From assembly GCA_050298055.1 (NCBI GenBank), contig JBNKTL010000056.1, positions 1 to 31,854 on the forward strand: DNA of 31,854 nt, given 5' to 3'. Shown here piece by piece: positions 18,079 through 27,428 of this stretch; the stretch's first letter is position 1; each line of letters begins with the position of its first letter. This DNA is from Spirochaetota bacterium. GTDB taxonomy: Bacteria; Spirochaetota; UBA4802; UBA5550. Position numbers and translations under genes: made by a program. The notes beneath the pieces were generated by a model, which saw only the letters and a list, made by a program, of their open reading frames with translations, searched no databases and was not told the DNA's origin.

Positions 18079-18561
18079 ATGCAGGAAACTGACAATAAAA
18101 AACGACTTATTCATCAGTTTGAAGAATCGGCAAATGCATTTGATTATGTACTGGACCTGCCCGAGGATCTTATTCAATACAGGCCCTTTGATGATGCGTG
18201 GTCCATCAAGGAACAGGTGGTTCATTGCCTGGATTTCGATATAGCAAATTTTCACAGGTACAGATGGGCCATCGCTTCCCCGGGAACAGAAGTCCTCTCA
18301 TTCGATGCCTCCTGGGCGGGGAAACTGGACTACCAGTCATATGACCTTAAACCGACCCTTGAACTCATTAAAATGATCAGAAGGTATATCTCCGCTCATC
18401 TTTATTCCATTGTTGAAGAGAACTGGGGAGAATATCACTATAGATTCAGCAACGACAACAGCATCAATCTATCGGGTGCCCTGCAGCACTATGTTAAGCA
18501 TGTATCATTTCACCGGGAATTAATTGAGAGAAACATTAATCTATTCAATAATACGGGTTAG
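18079..18561 (+). CDS. DinB/YfiT-family four-helix protein
   Basis: RP...WSIKEQVVHCLD and C-terminal HVSFH His motif; GGAGG RBS. Confidence 0.85.
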   Translation: MQETDNKKRLIHQFEESANAFDYVLDLPEDLIQYRPFDDAWSIKEQVVHCLDFDIANFHRYRWAIASPGTEVLSFDASWAGKLDYQSYDLKPTLELIKMIRRYISAHLYSIVEENWGEYHYRFSNDNSINLSGALQHYVKHVSFHRELIERNINLFNNTG

Positions 18562-18672
18562 ACGATTTTAACGGCAAAAAAACAGTTTGTTTCAAACCTG
18601 ACATACAGTTGTCACAGGTATCTGTTATATTATTTTCCTGAAAATCAAATGCTTAAACGAGAGGAGGGTCTT

Positions 18673-19041
18673 ATGCAACGAGGAAAACGTATCATTATCA
18701 CTTCTCTTTCCGGGATTGCCTGCGGCTTCATCTGCCTGGGACTGGCATCAAGCGGGGGCGCTCTTCCCTGGCCGGTATCGGCACAGATCATTATCAGTAG
18801 ATCTCTTATCGGCCTTGCCATCGGGATAAGCGCCGTTTCAATTGGACACTGGTCAGTTAACGGTGTTGTTATGGGGGCGCTTTTCAGTCTTCCCCTGGCC
18901 TTCAGCGGCCTCATGGCGCCGGACAACCCTGAGTTCAGCAAAACCATGATGTTTGTGAGCACACTTGTTATGGGGATGATCTACGGGCTGATCATAGAAA
19001 CCGTAACCTCCCTAATATTTAAAGCCAGAATCGCATCCTGA
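18673..19041 (+). CDS. Small 4-TM Gly-rich hypothetical membrane protein
   Basis: Four hydrophobic segments; GAGGAGG RBS before ATG 18673. Confidence 0.75.
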   Translation: MQRGKRIIITSLSGIACGFICLGLASSGGALPWPVSAQIIISRSLIGLAIGISAVSIGHWSVNGVVMGALFSLPLAFSGLMAPDNPEFSKTMMFVSTLVMGMIYGLIIETVTSLIFKARIAS

Positions 19042-19080
19042 ATAACATCGGATGTGGAGAGCGGACCAGGCGATTTTCTG

Positions 19081-19108
19081 TTGACAACAGATACCGGCTT
19101 ATTAAAAT
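19081..19108 (+). promoter_or_regulatory. Sigma70-type promoter for the cyclase pair
   Basis: TTGACA-16 nt-TAAAAT, 20 nt upstream of ATG 19129. Confidence 0.55.
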
Positions 19109-19128
19109 AAAACTGTAAGAGGGTCTAA

Positions 19129-20055
19129 ATGGAAATCACGTCTCAATCCGCTTCACTACTGGTCAATTCTCTGGTCAGGTCCTTCACCGTTGAAAAAATG
19201 AACGATCTTGCCGCGAACCTTATTGAAGGGTACAGCCTGCGGGAACGGACGGGAAAACCCGATATGTCCCACATTATGAAGATCGAGGCGGCAAAACAGA
19301 TCGTGCTCGATATCAAAAGGAACAAACTCTTCCCCCATTTTGTCTCACTGCTGGTTGATGTCCACTTTCATAAGTACGCCGGAAAACTCTACGAGGTGCA
19401 TAACATAAAGAGCATCATAAACGATATACAGAAATACGGGTATATCTATGACAGGGACACCCGGCATTTTATTGAAGATCCGGAAGTCAGAACAACAAAA
19501 AACTGGGGGGTGCTTCATGAGGATACCGAATACCTCTTTGCTTTTCTAAGGCTTGATATTGAGGGTAATTCAGCACTTGTGAGGAACAATCCCTCTCACA
19601 TTGTGGAATCCGCATACAAAGATCTCAATAAAATTGTCAGGGGCTCCGTAATCAAGAGAAACGGCAGGATATGGTCCTGGGAAGGCGACGGGGGACTGGC
19701 AGCTTTTCACTTCGACAGGAAAAATCATGATGCGGCCATCAGCGCCATGGAGATCATTCACGGGGTGTTCATGTATAACAGACTGCATAACAGGCTGAGC
19801 AGTCCGTTAAAAGTCAGGATTGCCATCCATACGGGCCCCAATAAATACACAGATGATAATAATGAATTAAAAAAATGTGATACGGTAAAGAAAGTCATCG
19901 AAATTGAGGAGCAGCATACCGAGGTTAACACGGTTACAATAAGCGATACTACATGGATATCCTTTGACCAGATACTCTCCAGCCAGATGAAGAAATTCAA
20001 TATTAGCAGCAATAAACAATACTGCAAATATGAATTGAAATGGCATAACCTATGA
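19129..20055 (+). CDS. Class III adenylate/guanylate cyclase-domain protein (metal-binding half) with N-terminal helical domain
   Basis: FLRLDIEGNS, WEGDGGLAAF, LKVRIAIHTG, DTVKKVIEIE, VTISD. Confidence 0.85.
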   Translation: MEITSQSASLLVNSLVRSFTVEKMNDLAANLIEGYSLRERTGKPDMSHIMKIEAAKQIVLDIKRNKLFPHFVSLLVDVHFHKYAGKLYEVHNIKSIINDIQKYGYIYDRDTRHFIEDPEVRTTKNWGVLHEDTEYLFAFLRLDIEGNSALVRNNPSHIVESAYKDLNKIVRGSVIKRNGRIWSWEGDGGLAAFHFDRKNHDAAISAMEIIHGVFMYNRLHNRLSSPLKVRIAIHTGPNKYTDDNNELKKCDTVKKVIEIEEQHTEVNTVTISDTTWISFDQILSSQMKKFNISSNKQYCKYELKWHNL

Positions 20056-21044
20056 ATATTGAGATTTTCTCAGCAAACGCCGGTATCGAAACATGTTTCA
20101 AGGCTGTTGCAAAATCAAGGGACTATACCTATACCATAGCATACCATCCTCCGGAAAAATTTAAAAAGATTATCAATACAATTGAACAGGGAACAATCGT
20201 TTATGTGGACATTGCCGGTTTTTCTCTCAAAGAGAGAAAAACGGTATTAAACACCCTTTCCCGAAAAAACGACTTCAGCTACGGAATTATTGACACCGGA
20301 ACAGAAGTTGATGATATTACCGGGCTTTTTTACAACAATGCTGTTGATTATATCGGGGAAAAACAATTTAATGAAGGAATTTCATTAAAGCGGATGAAAG
20401 AGACTGTTGCTTTCATTGAGAAATTATCGGGAATTAAATATGAAAAAACAGGGAAAGAGAGAGAGTCCGGGATCACTCTTTCCGGTAGAGACTGGAAGAG
20501 TATCAGGAACGGAAAAGAGTATACATTTTGTTTCATCTTCATTGAACTGGATAACCAGGATGAACTGAAACTTAAATACAGCAGCAATAAGCTCAAGGAA
20601 TTTACAAGGGCTTTTCATGATGATATCATGGAATATGTGTCCCCTGTTCAGGGCAGGATCTGGATCTGGTCCGATTTCGGCGGCATTATCCTCGTCCCCT
20701 TTGACGGAAAAAGCTGCGAGACCATTGTTACCTGTTTCAAGCTTATCCTCAACCGGAATATCATCAGTGTTGACGATTATAACTACAACAGAATACTCTC
20801 ATATAGAATAGCCCTTCATATCGATAATACCGTCTACAAACCCCGGGGGGAAACCGGTGATATTGTCTCCGATTCCATCAATACTGTTTTTCACCTGGGA
20901 CATCAATTCGCCGAACCGGGAAGCCTGGTTCTCACTGAAAAGATGTTTGAATTTATTCCCGAAGGCCTGGAAGATTATTTTGTGGATTACGGTGAATTTG
21001 AAGGCTGGCAAATAAAGACGATGATTATTCCCTTTTATATGTGA
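20052..21044 (+). CDS. Degenerate class III cyclase-domain protein with N-terminal receiver-like domain
   Basis: FCFIFIELD, GRIWIWSDFGGIILVPF, YRIALH, GDIVSDSINTVFHLG, PGSLVLTE; N-terminal alpha/beta region (IVYVDI...NAVDYI) is REC-like; ATGA overlap. Confidence 0.75.
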   Translation: MNIEIFSANAGIETCFKAVAKSRDYTYTIAYHPPEKFKKIINTIEQGTIVYVDIAGFSLKERKTVLNTLSRKNDFSYGIIDTGTEVDDITGLFYNNAVDYIGEKQFNEGISLKRMKETVAFIEKLSGIKYEKTGKERESGITLSGRDWKSIRNGKEYTFCFIFIELDNQDELKLKYSSNKLKEFTRAFHDDIMEYVSPVQGRIWIWSDFGGIILVPFDGKSCETIVTCFKLILNRNIISVDDYNYNRILSYRIALHIDNTVYKPRGETGDIVSDSINTVFHLGHQFAEPGSLVLTEKMFEFIPEGLEDYFVDYGEFEGWQIKTMIIPFYM

Positions 21045-21186
21045 TATGAAAAATTTTTTTGTGTTCTTATTCCCGTTCATATGGATAGCGGTATTTCCCG
21101 GTGGCCTTAGCCATTTCCCGTCCGGGAAAAGCAGGATTGGATCATGTAATGAAGAAGAGCAGCTCTGATCATCCAAATAACTTTTG

Positions 21187-22989
21187 CTACTGTTTGTGCA
21201 AAGCATCGTACACAATTTTACTTAAATCAAACTGGTTATAAGGTTTGGGGATAAATCCCTGCACCTGGTTACTAAATTCTTCAATCAAATCATTTTGAAT
21301 AAACCCTGATGCAAAAATAACCGGGATATCAGGCCTTATTTTCTTCAGTTCAACCATACAATCCCTGCCATTCATGACCGGCATTATCATATCAAGAATT
21401 ACAAGATCCACTTCCTGATATATATTCCGAAACATGTGGACTGCTTCCTTTCCATTTTCTGCAATATATACCCTGTATCCCAGGTCCTCAAGTATATCAC
21501 CGGCAATCACCCTCATAATTGATTCATCATCGACTAACAGTATCGTATTATTACCTCTTATCTCATCGGTATTTATCTGTATTTTTATTTCTCTTTCGGC
21601 CGATACCACAGGTAATAAAATACAGAACCGTGTACCTTTCCCGATCTCACTGTAAACATTAATGGCCCCTCCGTGCTGCTGAACTGCGCCATAGACTGCC
21701 GCCAGACCAAGGCCTGTTCCCTTTCCTACACCCTTTGTCGTATAAAAAGGCTCAAAAATTTTATTGAGATTTTCAGATGCTATACCACAGCCTGAATCAG
21801 TGATTTCAATTTTACAAAAGTTACCGGGATTAATTTTAAAGGGGGACGCATTGCAGTAATAAGAATCAATTTCTGTTTTTTTTAAGGTAACATCTATATT
21901 TCCGCCATCAGGCATAGCCTGGGCTGCATTAATGAGAATATTAAGAAACGCGCTTTGAAGCAGAGCGGGATCACCTGAAATAATAATTTCTTCACTGCTA
22001 AGATTTGTTAAAATATTAATCCTTGGATCAATGGTGTTTTTCAATAAATCCAGGGCATCTTTCAATGGTTTGAAAATATTCATTTCTTTTTTAACTGACT
22101 CCTGTTTCCTGCCGAAGGTAAGAAGTTGTTTTACCAGGTGAGAAGCACGATCGGACGCTTCTAAAATAAGTTTTATATACTTTTTTGCTTCGGGATTATC
22201 TGCTATTTTTTTTTCGAGAATCTGGGTTGCACCAATGATCCCTCCCAGCATGTTGTTAAAATCATGGGCAATCCCCCCTGCCAGCTGCCCCACAGCATCC
22301 AGTTTTTCAAAATGGTGCAATCTTTCCAGTAAATTAATCTCTTCAGTAATATTCCTGAATACAATAATTGCACCGGTAATTTCCTCTAAACTATACCTGA
22401 TAGGAGCACATGACATCACAATTCTATATTCTATATCCATTTTTGATATCAGGGTAATATCATATAAATAATTCACAATTTTACCGCTTTGTAATGTTCC
22501 GAGAATTGGATTCTCTACTGTTACTTTACTTTTCGAATTAATAAGATTGACTACACTGTTAATGTCTTTTCCCTGCGCTTCATCCTGCTTCCAGCCGGTT
22601 ACCTGTTCTGCCGCGGAATTCATCATATTAATCCGACCATCCTTATCTGTTGCAATAACACAATCATTGATACTTTTGAGAGTAATTGCCAGATGTTCGC
22701 TTTGTGATTTTATAAGGTTCAGAGTCTCGTTAGTTCTCCAGGTGTTTGCAAAAAATAAAAACACCAGGCAGAATAGTACCTCAGCGATGTCTTCGGCAGG
22801 ATCAAAGAAATCAGTAATTCCCGAATGTTCCAGTGCATTGGATACAGTCACAAAGAGATAGAGAAAGATACAGAACAACAGTGAAGCAATGACCGAACCT
22901 GATTTGTAATTTTTTTTATCGTTTATGATAAGGTAAAGCGCAGAACAGAGAAAGAAAATGGCAGCAATAATATTTAATACAACAATCAC
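21187..22989 (-). CDS. Hybrid sensor histidine kinase (3 TM-PAS-HisKA-HATPase-REC)
   Basis: GQLAGGIAHDFNN, NILINAAQAM, DSGCGI, FEPFYTTK, GKGTGLGL, DLVILDMIMP; non-ATG start, exact start uncertain. Confidence 0.93.
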   Translation of the reverse strand: MIVVLNIIAAIFFLCSALYLIINDKKNYKSGSVIASLLFCIFLYLFVTVSNALEHSGITDFFDPAEDIAEVLFCLVFLFFANTWRTNETLNLIKSQSEHLAITLKSINDCVIATDKDGRINMMNSAAEQVTGWKQDEAQGKDINSVVNLINSKSKVTVENPILGTLQSGKIVNYLYDITLISKMDIEYRIVMSCAPIRYSLEEITGAIIVFRNITEEINLLERLHHFEKLDAVGQLAGGIAHDFNNMLGGIIGATQILEKKIADNPEAKKYIKLILEASDRASHLVKQLLTFGRKQESVKKEMNIFKPLKDALDLLKNTIDPRINILTNLSSEEIIISGDPALLQSAFLNILINAAQAMPDGGNIDVTLKKTEIDSYYCNASPFKINPGNFCKIEITDSGCGIASENLNKIFEPFYTTKGVGKGTGLGLAAVYGAVQQHGGAINVYSEIGKGTRFCILLPVVSAEREIKIQINTDEIRGNNTILLVDDESIMRVIAGDILEDLGYRVYIAENGKEAVHMFRNIYQEVDLVILDMIMPVMNGRDCMVELKKIRPDIPVIFASGFIQNDLIEEFSNQVQGFIPKPYNQFDLSKIVYDALHKQ

Positions 22990-22993
22990 TGAA

Positions 22994-23353
22994 TCATACT
23001 CCTTTCTTTCCTGGAGACCGGTTTTTTGTTATAAAAGCATGTATTGCAAAAAACATCGAAATTGAACTTAATGCTAATGCAAGGTGTTCAACAAGATTGA
23101 ATAATTCGGGGAAAAAAAAGCCTTCTGCCACCGTAAAGATATTGGATATTACAAGGAAAATATATGTAATAAGAAAGTACATAAAACCGGGTAAATCAAC
23201 CGATTTCAGAGTATTATAAAACAGGGGAAAACCAATGAGATAAATAGAAAGAGTAAAAATTTCAGTTGATGATACGGACGTTGTTTCCTGTGCTCCAGGT
23301 AATGTGGCTGGGAAAATAAAAAAAATTATAGTATAGTATATTAATCTCATCAC
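22994..23353 (-). CDS. Small membrane protein upstream of the kinase (signal-like segment + 3 TM)
   Basis: Hydrophobic segments, AGGA RBS, 4-nt gap to the kinase; ISNIFTVAEGFF...FNLVEH motif. Confidence 0.75.
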   Translation of the reverse strand: MMRLIYYTIIFFIFPATLPGAQETTSVSSTEIFTLSIYLIGFPLFYNTLKSVDLPGFMYFLITYIFLVISNIFTVAEGFFFPELFNLVEHLALALSSISMFFAIHAFITKNRSPGKKGV

Positions 23354-23939
23354 TACATCCTTTTATTATATATTAATTCCTTCTTGATATTTTTGAAGCA
23401 ATATCAATTTGGACATCTATACTATTGATTACTATTATTTGAGCATTAATTTAATATGTGATCACCCTTCACTTATTTAGTATTAGAGAAATTTTTCAAA
23501 AAATATTTTTTTCCGGTAGGCCTCTTCAGCAGAAAAACTTGCCCTATATCAGTGTTGTATAATTTTGCATTAAAAATTGCTCAAAATTTTCCGTTTAAAG
23601 AAACAACATACTGCAATCATGTTGACCAGAGTGCATTTGTAAGTATATGAATTTATCAAATAATATTAATAACTCGTCAAGCTTTTTTTACCATTCCCAT
23701 CACAGATGTTTTTCCAATGAGGGTAGTCATCAGGCAGGAATTAAAAAATTTTTTCTTGCGAAAAATCGCCCGGATCTTTACACTCCATGAATAAGCATAT
23801 TGGACTTGCCCGGTTAACCCGGTGTGGATCTTACCCGGCTTTTCAGGAGCAGATCACACTCCTGAACATCAGGTAAAACAATACGCGATAATTTATTTTT
23901 TTGAATTTATGATTATCTTCTGAATGGATGGGAATTGAA

Positions 23940-24344
23940 ATGAAAAAAATATTGAAATATCTGTTTGTTATATTCTTATTATTTATTCCAGCTTTAATTC
24001 CTGCAAAAGGAGAAACATATATTTTTACCGGGAAATATAAAGTTAATGCTCAAACACATAATATGGAGTTGTTTCTTATTCAAAACGGTGACCGGGTAAC
24101 AGGAACATATGATGTTCCACTTGGAAGCGGAAATTTTGGTTATCTAACCGGGAGTGTGAATGATAACCGATTAAATTTCAAATTTGTTGAAGTCATGTAT
24201 GGTCAAAAAAAACCGGTTGTTTCCGGTACCGGGTATCTCATATTGGATAAAAAAAATAATGGTTTTGCGGCAGATCTTTCCGGATATTATTCCGAAGACA
24301 AACAGGACTACAAGTCAAAATGGACTGGGAAACGAATATATTGA
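23940..24344 (+). CDS. Hypothetical secreted beta-rich protein
   Basis: Signal peptide MKKILKYLFVIFLLFIPALIPA; L.QNGDRVTGTY...G.LTG.V....L.F pattern typical of small extracellular beta-barrels. Confidence 0.7.
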   Translation: MKKILKYLFVIFLLFIPALIPAKGETYIFTGKYKVNAQTHNMELFLIQNGDRVTGTYDVPLGSGNFGYLTGSVNDNRLNFKFVEVMYGQKKPVVSGTGYLILDKKNNGFAADLSGYYSEDKQDYKSKWTGKRIY

Positions 24345-24500
24345 AGTGCATTTAAAGAGTGATCCCGGAAGGCCTGGCGGACGGTCTGCCTGCGGAATCT
24401 TCAACGAACACAATTTCTCTCATTAAAAGATAAAGAGTATAAAGCGTTTGCTCCGTTTCACAAGCAGAGTCAATTACCCGCTCCGGAAAGCAAAAATTAG

Positions 24501-24540
24501 TTGACATTATTTTCTTATATTGCCATATTACCATATATTA
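24501..24540 (+). promoter_or_regulatory. Promoter/operator region of arsR
   Basis: TTGACA-17 nt-CATATT with tandem (t)atattgcc/atattacc repeats just before the arsR start. Confidence 0.5.
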
Positions 24541-24549
24541 GGTGTAATT

Positions 24550-24654
24550 ATGCAGAAAAAACTTCCCTCACAATATGAAGCACGGGCAAAAATTATCAAG
24601 GCACTGGCGCATCCCAGCAGGCTCTTCATTGTGGAAGAACTGCAGAAGAAAGAG
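24550..24654 (+). pseudogene. arsR: Truncated ArsR/SmtB repressor (N-terminal ~35 aa only; HTH deleted)
   Basis: YEARAKIIKALAHPSRLFIVEELQKKE, after which similarity stops and the permease start follows within ~7 nt. Confidence 0.85.
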
Positions 24655-24661
24655 AACTCTC

Positions 24662-25582
24662 ATGAACTGGAAAGAAGAATGGAAACCACTAATAACTATT
24701 ACGGGGATTTTTCTTCTCCTTTTCTTTTTACCCGCGGGGGTGGCACCGTTTTGACAATTCCGTTATGGAAGCCATAAAGCTTGCAAAATGGTATGCCCGG
24801 GAGCATGTTATTTTGTGCCTTGTACCCGCTTTTTTTATCGCAGGGGCAATTGCGGTATTTATCAGTGAATCTTCTGTGATGAAGTATCTCGGACCTGCTG
24901 CAAACAAGGTCCTGGCATACGGAGTTTCTTCCGTATCCGGTTCTTTCTCTATCATTACAAGTGGATTATTACCTCTGCATTTGCAGTTTTTTTGGGGACA
25001 GTCCTCATTACCTGGTTTCATTTTAAATGGTGGAAGATCATTTTAATAGCTCTCCCCACAGGTATTGCTGCATACTTCTTTCATGAGGGTACGGATATTA
25101 TGATCCCCTTTTCCGTTGCCATTGTTGCTTTCTCATACTTCATCAGTACCGCAGAGGGAGAAATGGAAGACTGGCTCTCCCAGTCGTGGGGATTCGCAAA
25201 ACAGATTTTACCTCTTCTCCTCTTTGGTGTCCTCATTGCGGGACTCTTACTCGGGAGGCCCGGCAATGAAGGTCTTATCCCGTCAAAATGGGTTAGCAGC
25301 TCCGTCGGCGGTAACAGCATTGGCGCAAATCTCTTTGCCTCGGTTGACGGTGCCTTCATGTATTTCGCCACTTTAACTGAAATTCCCATACTCCAGGGAC
25401 TTATGGGTGCCGGAATGGGGAAAGGACCGGCACTGGCATTGCTCCTTGCCGGCCCGGCTTTGTCTCTCCCGAATATGCTTGTGATAAGAAGTGTCATGGG
25501 TACAAGGAAGACCCTTGTTTATGTGGGACTTGTGGTAATAATGTCCACCGTCTGCGGGTTAATATACGGGGTTCTGTTTTAG
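24662..25582 (+). pseudogene. arsP: ArsP/DUF318-family permease, disrupted by a +1 frameshift and an internal deletion
   Basis: MNWKEEWKPL... shifts frame in G5 at 24736-24740 to WHRFDNSVMEAIKLAKWYAREHVILCLVPAFFIAG; second frame change at ~24940, where the expected AVCSC region is absent; C-terminus MYFATLTEIPI...GPALSLP is intact. Confidence 0.85.
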
Positions 25583-25628
25583 GCGAGAAGACGTGATAAC
25601 GTTAAAAATTTTTAACAGGTGATAAATT

Positions 25629-25862
25629 ATGAAACATATTAAAATTCTTGGAACAGGCTGTCCCAAGTGTAACAGGCTCGAAGAACTGTCAAAAAAAGCA
25701 GCAGAGGAAAGCGGTCTTGAATTTTCTCTTGAAAAGGTCAAAGACATAAATAAAATTATGGAATTTGGTGTTATGACCACCCCGGCACTTCTGGTAAATG
25801 GAGAAGTCAAAGTTACCGGTAAAGTTCCTTCTCTGGATGAATTGAAAAAAATCCTTGGATAG
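25629..25862 (+). CDS. Small redox-active disulfide protein (thioredoxin-like, MTH895/ArsE type)
   Basis: IKILGTGCPKC, GVMTTPAL.VNGEVK..GKVPS. Confidence 0.93.
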   Translation: MKHIKILGTGCPKCNRLEELSKKAAEESGLEFSLEKVKDINKIMEFGVMTTPALLVNGEVKVTGKVPSLDELKKILG

Positions 25863-25917
25863 AGAAAGACTGCGAATGTTACTTGACACGTATCTGGTTA
25901 CGTTATAAATTATTTAC

Positions 25918-26195
25918 ATGATTAAGTCCTTCAAACATAAAGGATTGGAACAACTGTTTTTTCCGGAAGTAAAAAAGGTATTCAACCGGAACATACAAGT
26001 AAACTATTAAGAATATTAGACAGGTTGGACACTTCTTTAAATCCAAATGACATGAATTTACCCGGTTATAAATTACACAAATTATCAGGTAAATATTCAG
26101 AGACATGGTCTGTATCAGTTAGCGGGAATTGGAGAGTAACATTTATGTTTGAAGGAGAAGATGTAACAGCTGTTAATTATAAAGATTATCATTAG
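25918..26195 (+). pseudogene. higB: HigB (RelE/ParE-family) toxin with a single-base frameshift
   Basis: MIKSFKHKGLEQLFF continues in the -1 frame as SGSKKGIQPEH...LPGYKLHKLSG...WSVSVSGNWRVTFMFEGEDVTAVNYKDYH*; break lies in T6 at 25957-25962. Confidence 0.9.
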
Positions 26196-26207
26196 GAGTA
26201 CTTTATA

Positions 26208-26504
26208 ATGGATAAGAAAAGAAAACCAACACATCCGGGAGAAGTTTTTCTTGAGGATGTTATTAAACCATTAGGACTAACAATAACAGAAGCTTCACAA
26301 GACCTGGGTATAACCCGAAAAACATTATCACAATTTGTAAATTGCAAATCTTCTTTAAGTCCCGAGATGGCTATTAGAATCAGTAAAGCGACCAATACTT
26401 CTCCGGAAAGCTGGATGCGGATGCAATTGAAACTTGATCTCTGGTATGCTGAAAGTCATAAAAAATACAATGTCATCAGGTTTCCTCAGAGACAAGTCAG
26501 TTAA
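26208..26504 (+). CDS. higA: HigA/VapI-family antitoxin (HTH)
   Basis: PTHPGE.L....PLGLT...A..LGITRKTLS...SPEMAIRISKA..TSPESW..MQ; AGGAG RBS. Confidence 0.95.
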   Translation: MDKKRKPTHPGEVFLEDVIKPLGLTITEASQDLGITRKTLSQFVNCKSSLSPEMAIRISKATNTSPESWMRMQLKLDLWYAESHKKYNVIRFPQRQVS

Positions 26505-26522
26505 GATAAGCAGCATCCGAAT

Positions 26523-27392
26523 ATGAAAAAAGTTTTACACGACCTTATAGAACTCCTTCAGCTTGAAAAAATCGAAGAGAACATATTCAGGGGCAGGAGC
26601 CAGGACCTTGGTTTCGGGAACCTCTACGGAGGACAGGTCCTTGGCCAGTCCCTTTCCGCGGCAACCCAGACCGTTCCCCCGGAAAGGAAGGCCCACAGTT
26701 TCCATGCCTACTTTTTAAGGCCCGGGGACGCGAACTGCCCCGTTGTCTATGAAGTGGATTGTGTCCGGGACGGGAAGAGTTTTACCACACGGCGCGTAAA
26801 GGCCCTGCAGCACGGAAGTGCAATCCTTACACTGGAAGCGTCCTTCCAGATCACCGAACCGGGGTACAGCCACCAGGACAGGATGCCCCCTGTTGAGGGA
26901 CCGGAAGGCCTTTTATCGGAGCTTGACAGGTTGAGAGCGATAAAGGACAAACTCCCCGAAGAAATCCGGGAAAAGCTCACAAGTGATAAACCTGTTGAGT
27001 TCAGGTTCGTGAATCCTGTGAACATATTTAAACCGGAGCAGAGAGAGCCCGATCACTCTGTCTGGTTCCGGGCGGCGGGAAAGATACCCGAAGACATCTC
27101 CATCAACAGGTGTCTCCTGGCATACGCTTCCGATTTCGGACTTCTCCGGGCATCTATGCTTCCCCACGGGCTCACTTTCTGGGACCCTTCCATGCAGGTT
27201 GCCAGCCTCGACCACGCCATGTGGTTTCACAGGGATTTCAGCATTGATGAATGGCTGCTTCACGTGATGCACAGTTCAAGCACAGTAAACGGGCGGGGTT
27301 ACAACACGGGAAAGATCTTTACCCGGGACGGGCTCCTTGTTGCGTCAACCTCCCAGGAGGGGCTCATAAGGGACCGCAATTACGGGAAATAG
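26523..27392 (+). CDS. tesB: Acyl-CoA thioesterase II
   Basis: YGGQVLGQ, HSFHAYFLRPG, RDGKSFTTRRV, LAYASD, ASLDHAMWFH, SQEGLIR. Confidence 0.96.
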   Translation: MKKVLHDLIELLQLEKIEENIFRGRSQDLGFGNLYGGQVLGQSLSAATQTVPPERKAHSFHAYFLRPGDANCPVVYEVDCVRDGKSFTTRRVKALQHGSAILTLEASFQITEPGYSHQDRMPPVEGPEGLLSELDRLRAIKDKLPEEIREKLTSDKPVEFRFVNPVNIFKPEQREPDHSVWFRAAGKIPEDISINRCLLAYASDFGLLRASMLPHGLTFWDPSMQVASLDHAMWFHRDFSIDEWLLHVMHSSSTVNGRGYNTGKIFTRDGLLVASTSQEGLIRDRNYGK

Positions 27393-27428
27393 CTCTCTGT
27401 TCCTTAAATAAGTATACCGGACTTCCCT

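Noticed and set aside
19129..21044. Pycsar/CBASS-type anti-phage system
   Set aside because: No adjacent TIR, TM or nuclease effector; the cNMP-binding membrane protein is ~7 kb away in another operon
24520..24777. 85-aa ORF as an intact ArsR
   Set aside because: Its C-terminal half is an out-of-frame read of the arsP 5' end
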